From NCBI GenBank assembly GCA_963665235.2, contig CAXXLX010000001.1, positions 1,600,001-1,664,000 on the forward strand: a stretch of 64,000 bases of DNA, written 5' to 3'. Shown piece by piece: positions 9,142-18,799 of the stretch (positions are counted from its first letter, which is position 1; every line of letters starts with the position of its first letter). This DNA is from Candidatus Poribacteria bacterium (GTDB lineage Bacteria; Poribacteria; WGA-4E; WGA-3G). The notes under the pieces were generated by a model that ran no database searches, had not been told where the DNA came from, and saw only the letters and a program-made list of their open reading frames with translations. The position numbers and the translations under genes were made by a program.

Positions 9142-10077
9142 ATGAACGACCCGAAAGTGACCGTCGTAGGGAGCGCGAACGTCGACCTTGTCATCCGGGC
9201 GGAACGGAAACCGACCAAAGGCGAAACCCTCATCGGCGAAACGTTCGACATCTTTACCGGCGGGAAAGGTTTTAATCAGGCGACAGCGGCAGCGCGGTTA
9301 GGCGCAGCTGTGACACTCATCGGCAGAATCGGGGAAGACCTCTTTGGCGAAATGCTACGCACCGCAATGGCAACCGAACATATTGACAGCCAATTTGTCA
9401 AAAGCGATGCTGAAGGAGGGACCGGTGTAGCCAATATCGTGGTTGAACCGGATGGCGATAATAGTATTATCGTCGTGCCGCGCGCAAATATGCGTTTGAC
9501 ACCGACAGATATAGACGCAGCTGAAACCCGAATTGCTGAAGCGAAGGTGCTCCTATTACAGCTGGAGACACCGATTGATGCATCACAACGGGCAGTAGAA
9601 ATCGCTAAAGCTAACGACACAACTGTCATTCTCGACCCGGCACCTGCGCGTTCGCTGCCTGAAAGTTTATTGGCACAAGTGGATATATTAACACCTAACG
9701 TCTCGGAAGCAGCAGTCCTCGCTGACCAGAGGGTTACAACGCCTGAAGCCGGGATTACAGCTGCCAAGGCGTTACAAACACAGATAGCTCCCGATGGTTT
9801 TTCCGCTGTCGTGTTGACACTTGGAGAACGTGGCGTGCTGCTTTGCACACCGACGCGAACTGAACATGTCCCCGCAGTGCCGGTCGAAGCGGTAGACACA
9901 ACAGGGGCAGGGGACGCGTTCTGTGGCGCGCTTGCAACGGCACTCGCTAACGGAGATGACCTATTGGACGCGGTAACATTTGCTAACAGAGCCGGCGCGG
10001 CAGCTGCCACTGTTCTTGGCGCAACGCCTTCAATGCCGACTCGGCAGAAGATTGAGGCAATACACTCTACAATTTAA
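9142..10077 (+). CDS. rbsK: Ribokinase (PfkB family)
   Basis: VVGSANVDLV, GGKGFNQA, LLQLE, DTTGAGDAFCGALA; RBS AAGGAG before ATG 9142. Confidence 0.9.
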   Translation: MNDPKVTVVGSANVDLVIRAERKPTKGETLIGETFDIFTGGKGFNQATAAARLGAAVTLIGRIGEDLFGEMLRTAMATEHIDSQFVKSDAEGGTGVANIVVEPDGDNSIIVVPRANMRLTPTDIDAAETRIAEAKVLLLQLETPIDASQRAVEIAKANDTTVILDPAPARSLPESLLAQVDILTPNVSEAAVLADQRVTTPEAGITAAKALQTQIAPDGFSAVVLTLGERGVLLCTPTRTEHVPAVPVEAVDTTGAGDAFCGALATALANGDDLLDAVTFANRAGAAAATVLGATPSMPTRQKIEAIHSTI

Positions 10078-10177
10078 AGTCAAGAGAACGAAGCCCAAAC
10101 AACGTGCCGGGCTGGATATATGGCGAGGCAGATTTCATACACATAAACCTTATCAAACCGCAAGGAAATATTAAAAA

Positions 10178-13060
10178 ATGAAAAAAATACACGTTTGGTT
10201 GATAGTCGCTCTGTCGCTTTTCACAATTGCTACGCTGGGATTCGCGCAAGAGGACTGGGAAGCGCAGATGAGAAAAGATTTCGTGAAGGTGCTGAAGGAA
10301 AAGAAAAAACAGGCTGAGAAACATCGCGAATTTATCGCAAAATGGCAGAAAGCGGGGCACCTCGACGACCTTATTAATCTATACGAGACTGAAAAAGTGA
10401 ATCACCCGGACAATGCCGCATTTTATTACGGATTGGGTTATACCTACGCACGCAGCACACCGACAGAAAATAGGGACACCGAAGCACAGGCAATTGTTTA
10501 TTTTGAGAAGGCAATTGAACTTGATGTTTCCCTGTTTTGGGCCCACTTTAACCTCGCTGTTATCTACAAAAAACAGGGGAAAGATGCACAGGCTTTATCC
10601 ATATTCCGGACAAGCATCGATTTGAACCCGAAGTACTATCCTATTCACTATTACATGGGTGAGATTTATCTCAAGCAAGGCAAATACACTGAAGCATTGC
10701 ACGCCTTTGAATCGGCACACGCCTTAAACCGAAAATGGGCATATCCGATTTACGGGAGGGGGTTGGTTTACATGAGTCAGGGCGACCTGAATCTGGCGCG
10801 TGAGGCATTTGAGCATGCAATTTTGCGGGACCGCAAGTTTGCCCCCGCCTATATTAAATTAGGGCAAATCCTCGCCAAAGAGGGGTTTTTTGATGCCGCA
10901 CTAGCGGAGTACGGAAAATCAGCGCGATACCAGCCGTCCACGACACAAGATGTGTTCGAACTTGCAGTGATTTTCGCGGAGCAAGACAATACAGAAGGCG
11001 CGATTTCACTCTATCAACGCGCAATAGAAATTGACGCAACGTATACGCCCGCGCACTTCGCACTCGGTGAAATTTTTTACGCGCAAGGCGATGTTACAAC
11101 TGCTGTTAATCATTATCATCAGGCGATTGCCGTAGACCCATCGCTCAAAAACGCCTTTTTCGAACCGGTGGCACCCTATTTTGCCGGGGCAATGCCAGAT
11201 GATGAGGCACGCGCCCTCCTAGAGAAGATGCGGACCGTCCTACCGGATGACCCCCGTTCCTATTTCTATCTAGCCAAACTTGACACCGATGCTGAAAATA
11301 TAGAAACAGCAATCACGAATTACCAAAAAGTGCTTGAGCTTATTGAAACCGAGCCGAGCTATCTACAGATAGAACTTCCGCTCGGACACTTCCATGATGC
11401 ACACCTAAATATGGGGCACCTTTATCATAAGCAGGGGGACTTAGACGCTGCAGCAGCCAGCTATAAACGCGCAATAGAATTAAATCCGGAGCTAGCGACC
11501 CTTTTCTATGAAAAAGGTAAAACCGCTTTTGAGGCAGAAAATTATATAGACGCGCTGGAACCCCTACAGATACATCTCATGCTATTTCCCGAAGATATTG
11601 AGGCAACCTATTTACTCGGGCAGAGCCACGAAGCCAGTGGCGATACCGAAAACGCACTGCATTTCTACGAAAAAACGTTACAGTTGGATGCCAACCGACC
11701 AGATGTGCTTTTCAAAACGGTTTATATCTACCGGGAAACGGAATCCCATGAGAAAGCGTTGGATGCCTTGAAAAAGATAATAGCGATTGAACCGGCAAAT
11801 ACTGAAGCACACTATCTCTCGGGCCTGTCGCTCCTGACGTTAGAACGGCACGATGACGCGTTGGCGGCGTTCTTGGAAACTGTTCGCTTGGCACCCGATA
11901 ACGTTTCCGCGCACTACAACGCGGGAAAACTTTTTGAACACAAAAAGGATAACGACAACGCTATCGTTCATTACGAAAAAACGATTGAACTCGACCCGAA
12001 AACCGCGGAACCCTTCTTCCGACTCGGCGCAATCTACCACGGACGCGGCGATGATGATAACGTCATCCGAGTCTACGAACCCGCTTTGGAACTGGAACCG
12101 GAACATCCCAACCAACAGCATGCACTTGCTGTCATCTTTGAAAAACGGAGCCAGAACGAGGCAGAAGCAGAAGAAGAAAAGATTACGGAAAACCGTCTGA
12201 AAGCAATTCATCGCTACGGATTGGCGAACAAATTTGACCCCGAGCATTTCGACTGGCACTACCGGTACGCTCGGCTCTTAGACAAGCACGCCGAAACGCT
12301 TGAGAAATACGATACCCACGCTGAAATGGCGGTCGATGAATATACCAAGACGGTTAAACTCAACGGTGGGTTTGCGGACGCATATTTTCATCGCGGCCTG
12401 ATTACATACCGCTATAAACGTATCGGCAATACCGTTTACCGCTATGGCCAAATCTTGGAGGATTTTAAGCAGGTAACCGGTTTACAACCGAAGAATGTCA
12501 CCGCACACTACTATGTCGGAAAACTTCAAATAGCTAAAGATGAGTATACGCTCGCGAAGGATGCATTTCAAAAGGTCGTAGAACTTTCCCCCAAATATAA
12601 AGGCGTTAACCTAGAATTGGGTAAACTTGCACAACGTGAAAAGAGGTGGAAAGAAGCGATTCAGTTTTATGAAAAAGAGATAGGCATTGATGATAAAGCT
12701 ACGGAGGCTTACCAACGGCTCGGCGACCTCTACCATAGCTCGGAAATGGATTACAATAAGGCGAAAGAGATATTTGAGAAGGCACTCGAATTGGACGACA
12801 AGCACGTACCAACTATCCTTTTATATGCCAACAATCTCTTCAGCATGGATTCGCTGGGCGCAGCTGCTGACCAGTTTGAACGCGTGCTCCAATTGGAACC
12901 GGATAATTTGACAGCAAACTTCAATCTCGCCTTGATGTATGAGTATACGGAACGGATAGGGCAAGCCCGAGCACAGTGGCAGCGGTTTCTTGACTTAAAT
13001 CCACCTGAACAATGGAAGCTTCAAGCCGAGAAAAAGCTCCGCGAACTCGGGGGGCAGTAG
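10178..13060 (+). CDS. Large exported tetratricopeptide repeat protein
   Basis: Signal peptide, then many TPR units (AHFNLAVIY, AHFALGEIFY, AHYNAGKLF...). Confidence 0.92.
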   Translation: MKKIHVWLIVALSLFTIATLGFAQEDWEAQMRKDFVKVLKEKKKQAEKHREFIAKWQKAGHLDDLINLYETEKVNHPDNAAFYYGLGYTYARSTPTENRDTEAQAIVYFEKAIELDVSLFWAHFNLAVIYKKQGKDAQALSIFRTSIDLNPKYYPIHYYMGEIYLKQGKYTEALHAFESAHALNRKWAYPIYGRGLVYMSQGDLNLAREAFEHAILRDRKFAPAYIKLGQILAKEGFFDAALAEYGKSARYQPSTTQDVFELAVIFAEQDNTEGAISLYQRAIEIDATYTPAHFALGEIFYAQGDVTTAVNHYHQAIAVDPSLKNAFFEPVAPYFAGAMPDDEARALLEKMRTVLPDDPRSYFYLAKLDTDAENIETAITNYQKVLELIETEPSYLQIELPLGHFHDAHLNMGHLYHKQGDLDAAAASYKRAIELNPELATLFYEKGKTAFEAENYIDALEPLQIHLMLFPEDIEATYLLGQSHEASGDTENALHFYEKTLQLDANRPDVLFKTVYIYRETESHEKALDALKKIIAIEPANTEAHYLSGLSLLTLERHDDALAAFLETVRLAPDNVSAHYNAGKLFEHKKDNDNAIVHYEKTIELDPKTAEPFFRLGAIYHGRGDDDNVIRVYEPALELEPEHPNQQHALAVIFEKRSQNEAEAEEEKITENRLKAIHRYGLANKFDPEHFDWHYRYARLLDKHAETLEKYDTHAEMAVDEYTKTVKLNGGFADAYFHRGLITYRYKRIGNTVYRYGQILEDFKQVTGLQPKNVTAHYYVGKLQIAKDEYTLAKDAFQKVVELSPKYKGVNLELGKLAQREKRWKEAIQFYEKEIGIDDKATEAYQRLGDLYHSSEMDYNKAKEIFEKALELDDKHVPTILLYANNLFSMDSLGAAADQFERVLQLEPDNLTANFNLALMYEYTERIGQARAQWQRFLDLNPPEQWKLQAEKKLRELGGQ

Positions 13061-13175
13061 TTTGAATCATGTCTCTCACTCGCCTGTGGCCGTTGTCGCA
13101 GGCGGGTTTCTGACTATAATTTTGGTATAGACATCTTGTGAATTAGCTTTACGGAGCCATTTTGAGGAAGAGCAA

Positions 13176-13931
13176 TTGGTGAATTGGCACCCCATAAAAC
13201 AGAAAGATTGGAAAGCTGAGGAACCGGGGGTGAAACATTCACCCCCCTTCCACTCTTCCACTCTTCCACCCCAGCTCTTTACGAACATTATCGGGAGCTC
13301 CCACATAGAAGTCCACGATGAGGTTACGTCCACGAACGATATTGCTATCCTCCGTGGAAAGGTAGGAGATGCCGAAGAGGGCATACTTATCATCGCTGAA
13401 CACCAAACCGCCGGCCGTGGCAGATATGGCAGAACGTGGGAAGCCCCGCCCGGTAAATGTATTCTCGCCTCCATCGTCTTCAGGCATCGCCTGAAGCAGG
13501 ACCAGGTGCATCTGCCGAACCTCATCGGAGCACTCTCTATTGCCGTAAGCATACATGCCACAACAGGCCTCGAAGCACGGATTAAACATCCAAATGATGT
13601 CCGAATTGCGAAAAAAAAGGTTGCAGGCGTACTAACAGAGCTTGAATACGACCAACATCAGCGACCCTTCTTTGTGGTAGGGTTCGGTGTGAACGTGAAC
13701 ATCACGGCCGCGGAATTTCCAGCTTCACTTCAGGAAACAGCGACATCTTTGCGAATTGCAGCGTCAGAAAACAACCTTAAGAGAGAAACGTTACAAGGAG
13801 ACGGAGACATATCTCGTGCTATGCTCCTCCAAGCAATATTGCAGCAATTTGAGGAGAACTATCTCCACCTGAAGGCTGGAAATATATCGGTAATTGCTAA
13901 TCAACTAAAGGCGTGGGAAGAAAAATCATGA
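13176..13931 (+). CDS. birA: Biotin--[acetyl-CoA-carboxylase] ligase (start uncertain)
   Basis: STND, AEHQTAGRGRYGRTW, IKHPND, KKVAGVLTE, VGFGVNVN; no HTH domain. Confidence 0.88.
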   Translation: MVNWHPIKQKDWKAEEPGVKHSPPFHSSTLPPQLFTNIIGSSHIEVHDEVTSTNDIAILRGKVGDAEEGILIIAEHQTAGRGRYGRTWEAPPGKCILASIVFRHRLKQDQVHLPNLIGALSIAVSIHATTGLEARIKHPNDVRIAKKKVAGVLTELEYDQHQRPFFVVGFGVNVNITAAEFPASLQETATSLRIAASENNLKRETLQGDGDISRAMLLQAILQQFEENYLHLKAGNISVIANQLKAWEEKS

Positions 13932-14371
13932 AAAAAATTCTTGTCAGTGCATGTCTAATAGGCGTTAATTGTCGATATGATGGGGGCAACAGTTGCAATG
14001 AAGACGCGGTGAACCGCATCATGAAGACAGATGAGCTTGTCCCGGTCTGTCCTGAAGAAGCGGGGGGACTTCCGACCCCGCGGCCGCCTGTTGAAATTGT
14101 CGGGGGTGATGGCAACGATGTCTTGGATGGCAAAGCGAAAGTTCTGACCGCCGATGGCGAAGATAAGACCGAAGAATTTTTGAAAGGGGCACAGCATGCC
14201 CTACACCTCGCGCAATCCCAAGGTGCAACGTGCGTCATCCTCAAATCCAGAAGTCCATCGTGTGGGTGTGGCACAATCTATGATGGCTCGTTTTCCGGAG
14301 TGCTTACCGCAGGCGATGGCGTTACAACCGCACTCCTGAAACGCCACGGCATTGAAATCATTTCCATATAG
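13928..14371 (+). CDS. DUF523 protein (2-thiouracil desulfurase TudS-like)
   Basis: ILVSACLIGVNCRYDG, VCPEEAGGLPTPRPP, ILKSRSPSCG. Confidence 0.88.
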   Translation: MKKILVSACLIGVNCRYDGGNSCNEDAVNRIMKTDELVPVCPEEAGGLPTPRPPVEIVGGDGNDVLDGKAKVLTADGEDKTEEFLKGAQHALHLAQSQGATCVILKSRSPSCGCGTIYDGSFSGVLTAGDGVTTALLKRHGIEIISI

Positions 14372-14393
14372 GCAATTTAGCAATTAGTTACCA

Positions 14394-15173
14394 TTAACCA
14401 ATTCCGATCAATTGTCGAACCTGTTTCCCAATATCGTGGCTGCGCATCAGCGATTCACCAACGAGAATAGCATTGACACCTGCTTCCTGTAAGGACTCAA
14501 CATCTGCTCGTGTGTAAATACCGCTCTCACTGACGACAACCTTCCCTGTCGGAATAGATTCCCGGAACCTGAACGTTGTCGCGATATCGGTCTGAAACGT
14601 CCGCAAATCCCGGTTGTTTATGCCGATAATCTCCGCGCCAACATCTAATGCTATTACTAACTCCGCCGCTGTATGGACCTCCACCAGAGATGCCAGCGAC
14701 AGCGATTCGGCAATGTCCATAAATTCGCGAAGCTGTGCTGGAGTCAACACCGCCACAATAAGCAGAATAGCGTCCGCCCCTGCCAAGCGTGCTTGATAGA
14801 TGTGATACGGGTCAATTGTGAAATCCTTTCGGAGCAGGGGGACATCAACATGCTGACGAATTGCCGACAGATAATCAAGACTTCCCTCGAAAAAGCGAGC
14901 ATCTGTCAGGACAGAGATGGCCGCAGCCCCGTTCGCCGCGTAGGTTTCAGCGATGTGAACAGGGTCAAAATCTTCTCGGATAACCCCTTTACTTGGAGAT
15001 TTTTTCTTCACCTCCGCAATCAGATTGATGTCGCCCGCGTGTGCAATTGCCTGTCGAAAATCCTTCGTCGGGGGTGCACTCGCCACCTCCGCTTTTAATG
15101 TGGCGAGCGGCACCTGTTCCTGTTCGGTGTGGAGTTCTTTCTGCTTATGGGCAATAATAGTGTCCAATATCAT
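14394..15173 (-). CDS. trpC: Indole-3-glycerol phosphate synthase
   Basis: IAEVKKKSPSKG, LRKDF, LVEVH, GINNRDL, VSESGI, LVGESLMR. Confidence 0.97.
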   Translation of the reverse strand: MILDTIIAHKQKELHTEQEQVPLATLKAEVASAPPTKDFRQAIAHAGDINLIAEVKKKSPSKGVIREDFDPVHIAETYAANGAAAISVLTDARFFEGSLDYLSAIRQHVDVPLLRKDFTIDPYHIYQARLAGADAILLIVAVLTPAQLREFMDIAESLSLASLVEVHTAAELVIALDVGAEIIGINNRDLRTFQTDIATTFRFRESIPTGKVVVSESGIYTRADVESLQEAGVNAILVGESLMRSHDIGKQVRQLIGIG

Positions 15174-15204
15174 GGCTTCGCTTTATCCTCGGCTTAACCG
15201 ATAA

Positions 15205-16215
15205 CTATTTATTCGATATCAATTTTAAACGTTCCAACTTGTCCAGCGCGTTCCCAGAATCGATGGACACTTCAGCACGTTTGATTCCTGTCTCAAGGCT
15301 ATCCGCTTTTCCGCCGGCGACAATCGCAGCGGCGGCGTTCAACAGCACAATATCCCGTTTCGGTCCCTTCTGTCCCTTAAGGATATTTGTAGTGATGTTG
15401 GCATTTTCTTCAGGAGTGCCGCCGAGGAGTGCTTCCGGGTCAGCCTTTGGAATTCCGAGTGTTGCTGGGTCGAGCGTATAGGTTTTCACTTCACCGTTGG
15501 ACAGTTCCGAAACACGCGTCGTGGTTACCGTCGTGATTTCGTCTAAACCGTCGTTGCCATGCACCACATAAGCCCGCTGTGTTCCAAGGTTGTTAAGAAC
15601 ATTGGCATGCAATTGTGTGAGGTCTCGCGCGTAAACGCCAAGCACTTGTGCCTGTGCCCCTGCCGGATTGGTGAGCGGCCCGATGGCGTTGAAAATCGTG
15701 CGGATACCGATTTCTCTGCGGGGCCCGATAGCATATTTCATTGCCCCGTGCAGCATCGGTGCAAACAGAAACCCGATACCCACTTCATCAATGCACTGCC
15801 CGACGTGTTCAGGCGGAATCTCAATATTTACCCCCAATGCCATCAACACATTGGCACTCCCGCTTTGTCGTGTCACGCCTCGGTTACCATGCTTAGCGAC
15901 TGGTACCCCCGCACCTGCCACAACGAATGCTGAGGTTGTTGAAATGTTGAACGAGTGCAGCCCAGTGCCGCCTGTGCTGCAAGTATCAACGACTAATCGC
16001 TGTTTTGTCGGGACCGGGGTTGCTTTCGCACGCATCACACGGGCAGCCCCTGTAATTTCTGCTACGGTTTCCCCTTTGAGGCGCAAGGCAGTGAGGAAGC
16101 AGGCGATTTGTGCATCAGTCGTTTCACCTGCCATAATCTCGTCCATAGTTTCAATCATCTCTGCTTCGGTTAGGGAATTTCCCTCTATAACCTTCTGAAT
16201 AGCTTCACGAATCAC
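15205..16215 (-). CDS. trpD: Anthranilate phosphoribosyltransferase
   Basis: DTCSTGG, FNISTT, AKHGNR, RTIFNAIGPLTNP, GLDEI. Confidence 0.97.
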   Translation of the reverse strand: MIREAIQKVIEGNSLTEAEMIETMDEIMAGETTDAQIACFLTALRLKGETVAEITGAARVMRAKATPVPTKQRLVVDTCSTGGTGLHSFNISTTSAFVVAGAGVPVAKHGNRGVTRQSGSANVLMALGVNIEIPPEHVGQCIDEVGIGFLFAPMLHGAMKYAIGPRREIGIRTIFNAIGPLTNPAGAQAQVLGVYARDLTQLHANVLNNLGTQRAYVVHGNDGLDEITTVTTTRVSELSNGEVKTYTLDPATLGIPKADPEALLGGTPEENANITTNILKGQKGPKRDIVLLNAAAAIVAGGKADSLETGIKRAEVSIDSGNALDKLERLKLISNK

Positions 16216-16324
16216 GCGATATGCCTCCTAGATAATATTTTCGGGATTTTGTAATATTTTTAATTATAACGGAGATTCGTCAATTTTTCAAGTAGGGATT
16301 CCCGGAAGTCGTGACATTAATCAC

Positions 16325-16353
16325 TTGACATTTTATGGCATTTATCATACAAT
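16325..16353 (+). promoter_or_regulatory. Sigma70 promoter
   Basis: TTGACA-17 nt-TACAAT. Confidence 0.65.
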
Positions 16354-16505
16354 TACTGTTAATTATAATAGAGAAGCACCCCGAATCCACGAGGCACACG
16401 GTGTGCTTACTTCACTGACAGGTGGAAATCGTAGGGGGAAATAGGTACTTTCATAATAGGCATGCCATTGTGGTATGTCATAACTTCCCTTAAAGGAGAT
16501 ATGAA

Positions 16506-17363
16506 ATGAAGAGAAATAAATCAAAGTGCCTGACGCGCTTTTTGACCCTATCCTTGATAACCTTGTCCTGTTTACTAACGTTTCCGCTTTTCGCAGAACC
16601 CCTCGATAGAGATAATAAGCCGGCAAAAGTGAACAGTGTATACGGAGATGTATCTGTTGATGACCTCTGGTACAATAATCAGGAACCGGGTGTCGCCTAT
16701 TTGAGGGGCTCCATTGAGCTCATACACTATAACCCTAAAGTGAAAAACGAGTTTGATTGGGGGTTCCGCCTCGAAATCGTTGGGTATGGTTTTGATGAGA
16801 ATGGTTTTGATGAGAAAGACGATCATTATGGAACAATAGGAGGAACAAATAATATCTTTACCCGCTCTCAAACCATCTCTCTACATGTTGACAGGACGCA
16901 TGCACGAAGAGGGGAAAGGCACGAGATGCTTGGCACCGTTTGGCTGAACGTCAAGCACCCCCGGCATCGGAATAATGTAGATGCTTGGCAAGCTAATTTT
17001 AAGGTTAGGTTTAATCACAACCCGAACCCCATTGTTGGACTCGGTCCCACAACAAATGGCGTTGACTTCGTGGACAATGCGAGAGGTTTCTTTGCCAGCC
17101 CAGGGGGTACCCAGGAGTCTCTGCTAATCACGGACGCACCTTATAGTCAAGTCTATTGGTATGTAAAAAAACCGAAGGATAAGACTTACGGCCCGAATGT
17201 GCAAATCGATGTGGGCAATGGCGAAATGACTAAAGCAACGATGCGTTACGACTTTCCTGAAAATATCGAAGGGACCTACAAAATAATCGCTTATATTTAC
17301 CGATGGGATTTATCTGTGTATGAGCTTAACTACAGTGTTTGGGTCGATGATGGGAGGCCATAA
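16506..17363 (+). CDS. Hypothetical secreted protein with C-terminal TDAPY..VYWYV beta-sandwich-like domain
   Basis: RBS AAGGAG; signal peptide; domain shared with the 7849 and 26410 proteins. Confidence 0.8.
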   Translation: MKRNKSKCLTRFLTLSLITLSCLLTFPLFAEPLDRDNKPAKVNSVYGDVSVDDLWYNNQEPGVAYLRGSIELIHYNPKVKNEFDWGFRLEIVGYGFDENGFDEKDDHYGTIGGTNNIFTRSQTISLHVDRTHARRGERHEMLGTVWLNVKHPRHRNNVDAWQANFKVRFNHNPNPIVGLGPTTNGVDFVDNARGFFASPGGTQESLLITDAPYSQVYWYVKKPKDKTYGPNVQIDVGNGEMTKATMRYDFPENIEGTYKIIAYIYRWDLSVYELNYSVWVDDGRP

Positions 17364-18361
17364 TGATGCGCTATACACGTTTTATTACCTGCTGCCTTCT
17401 GTTGTTGGTTCCTACCCTTACTACTGCGGAAATCGTTTTTAAATCACAGCGCGATGGTGCTAACAATCTCTATGTGATGGACGATGATGGCAGCAATGTC
17501 CAAAGAATAACCTTCACGCAGTTTCCCTTCTCTGATTCGGGTCCCCGCTATTCTCCGGATGGCAAGCATATTGCGTTTTGGAGAGATGTGATTGTGGACC
17601 CGGAGAAAAAGGGTCAGCAGACAGACATGTTTATCATAGATAGAGATGGCAGCAACAGACGGCGGCTCACCGAGAATGCCGCATTGGATAGCAATCATTC
17701 GTGGGCTCCGGATGGCCGCCGCCTTGCCTTCACAAGTGACCGGAGCGGGGACGATGAAATTTATGTGATAGACATCGTAACCCGAGAGATTCGGCAACTG
17801 ACCCGCAATCCAGACTTCTGGGAATGGGCTGCTGGGCCGGACTGGTCTCCCGATGGCAAATATATCGCCTACCGACAGGCGAAACCCCCACGCGGATTAA
17901 CAACTATCTACGTGATGAATGCGGATGGAAAACGCGCGCAACCGCTTGTTCCTGCTGACGATTGGTATCGCGGTAGCCCACGTTGGTCTCCAGATAGCAA
18001 ATCTGTTATGTATGTTGAAGCACTCTACGAGCCGGGGCAAGGATTCAAACTATTGGCAAACAACGTCGTGATTCACAAGCATGGGACCAAAGCGCGGCGG
18101 ATTTTAGAAACCCCCAAGGATTGGTTAATACATTCCGCCTGTTGGATGGACAACGGAAAACAGGTGCTGATTGGCGCAGAGCCACTCGATGCCCCAAATC
18201 GGCAGATTGACATCTACCGGTATAATCTCGCCAACGACAACATAACCAACCTGACAAACCATCCGCGAGACGACTACTCCCCGGATTGGATAAGCGATAA
18301 AGTGCTTTCTGTCACCCCACTAGATAAAAAAAAAGTAAGGTGGGGCAATCTAAAGAGGTGA
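17363..18361 (+). CDS. Secreted TolB-like PD40 beta-propeller with C-terminal WGxLK tail
   Basis: Repeated SPDG/WAPDG motifs; ends VTPLDKKKVRWGNLKR; TAATG overlap with the upstream gene. Confidence 0.88.
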   Translation: MMRYTRFITCCLLLLVPTLTTAEIVFKSQRDGANNLYVMDDDGSNVQRITFTQFPFSDSGPRYSPDGKHIAFWRDVIVDPEKKGQQTDMFIIDRDGSNRRRLTENAALDSNHSWAPDGRRLAFTSDRSGDDEIYVIDIVTREIRQLTRNPDFWEWAAGPDWSPDGKYIAYRQAKPPRGLTTIYVMNADGKRAQPLVPADDWYRGSPRWSPDSKSVMYVEALYEPGQGFKLLANNVVIHKHGTKARRILETPKDWLIHSACWMDNGKQVLIGAEPLDAPNRQIDIYRYNLANDNITNLTNHPRDDYSPDWISDKVLSVTPLDKKKVRWGNLKR

Positions 18362-18390
18362 ACCCTTAAGGCTAAACCTCTATTGAAACG

Positions 18391-18423
18391 AAAGCCGTGT
18401 TATCCGGGTATAACACGGCTTTT
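18391..18423 (+). terminator. Intrinsic terminator hairpin
   Basis: AAAGCCGTGTTAT-loop-ATAACACGGCTTTT. Confidence 0.65.
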
Positions 18424-18487
18424 CGCATCGCAGCATGAACAGTAAGCACACGGGCATGTCCCCTTCGAAATGATTGCGTGTTACCCA

Positions 18488-18713
18488 CAGGACTTATGCA
18501 AATTTAGGAGAACCATCGTAGGGGCGAGGTCTCCTCGCCCGCTACGCTAGGTCTCCCTTTTATTTGGATGTTGGGTTACGGAAACCTATGGAAACCGTTG
18601 GAAACCAGAAATATAAGAACCCTCTTCTCTTTTCTCGCTCTTGCTAATTGTCAATCGCCAATTGCTAATTGCCAATTATCATAAGGATTTATCAACGCGC
18701 TGCGTCTGTCCTG
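18488..18713. mobile_element. MITE-like element (CAGGAC..GCA / TGCGTCTGTCCTG ends) carrying a GTAG REP
   Basis: Imperfect terminal inverted repeats; internal REP 18517-18541; ends shared with 25549-25660. Confidence 0.6.
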
Positions 18714-18749
18714 ATACAAAAACTTTACACACCCTACTCTCCCGGACAG

Positions 18750-18778
18750 TTGATATTTAATCTAAATTCTGTTACAAT
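18750..18778 (+). promoter_or_regulatory. Sigma70 promoter
   Basis: TTGATA-17 nt-TACAAT with a TG extension. Confidence 0.55.
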
Positions 18779-18799
18779 ACAATTAGAGGAGGAGAAATT

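Noticed and set aside
9276-10010. 244-aa antisense ORF (and similar ones at 4893-5699 and 35727-36521)
   Set aside because: Shadow ORFs opposite well-supported genes, with no recognisable motifs.
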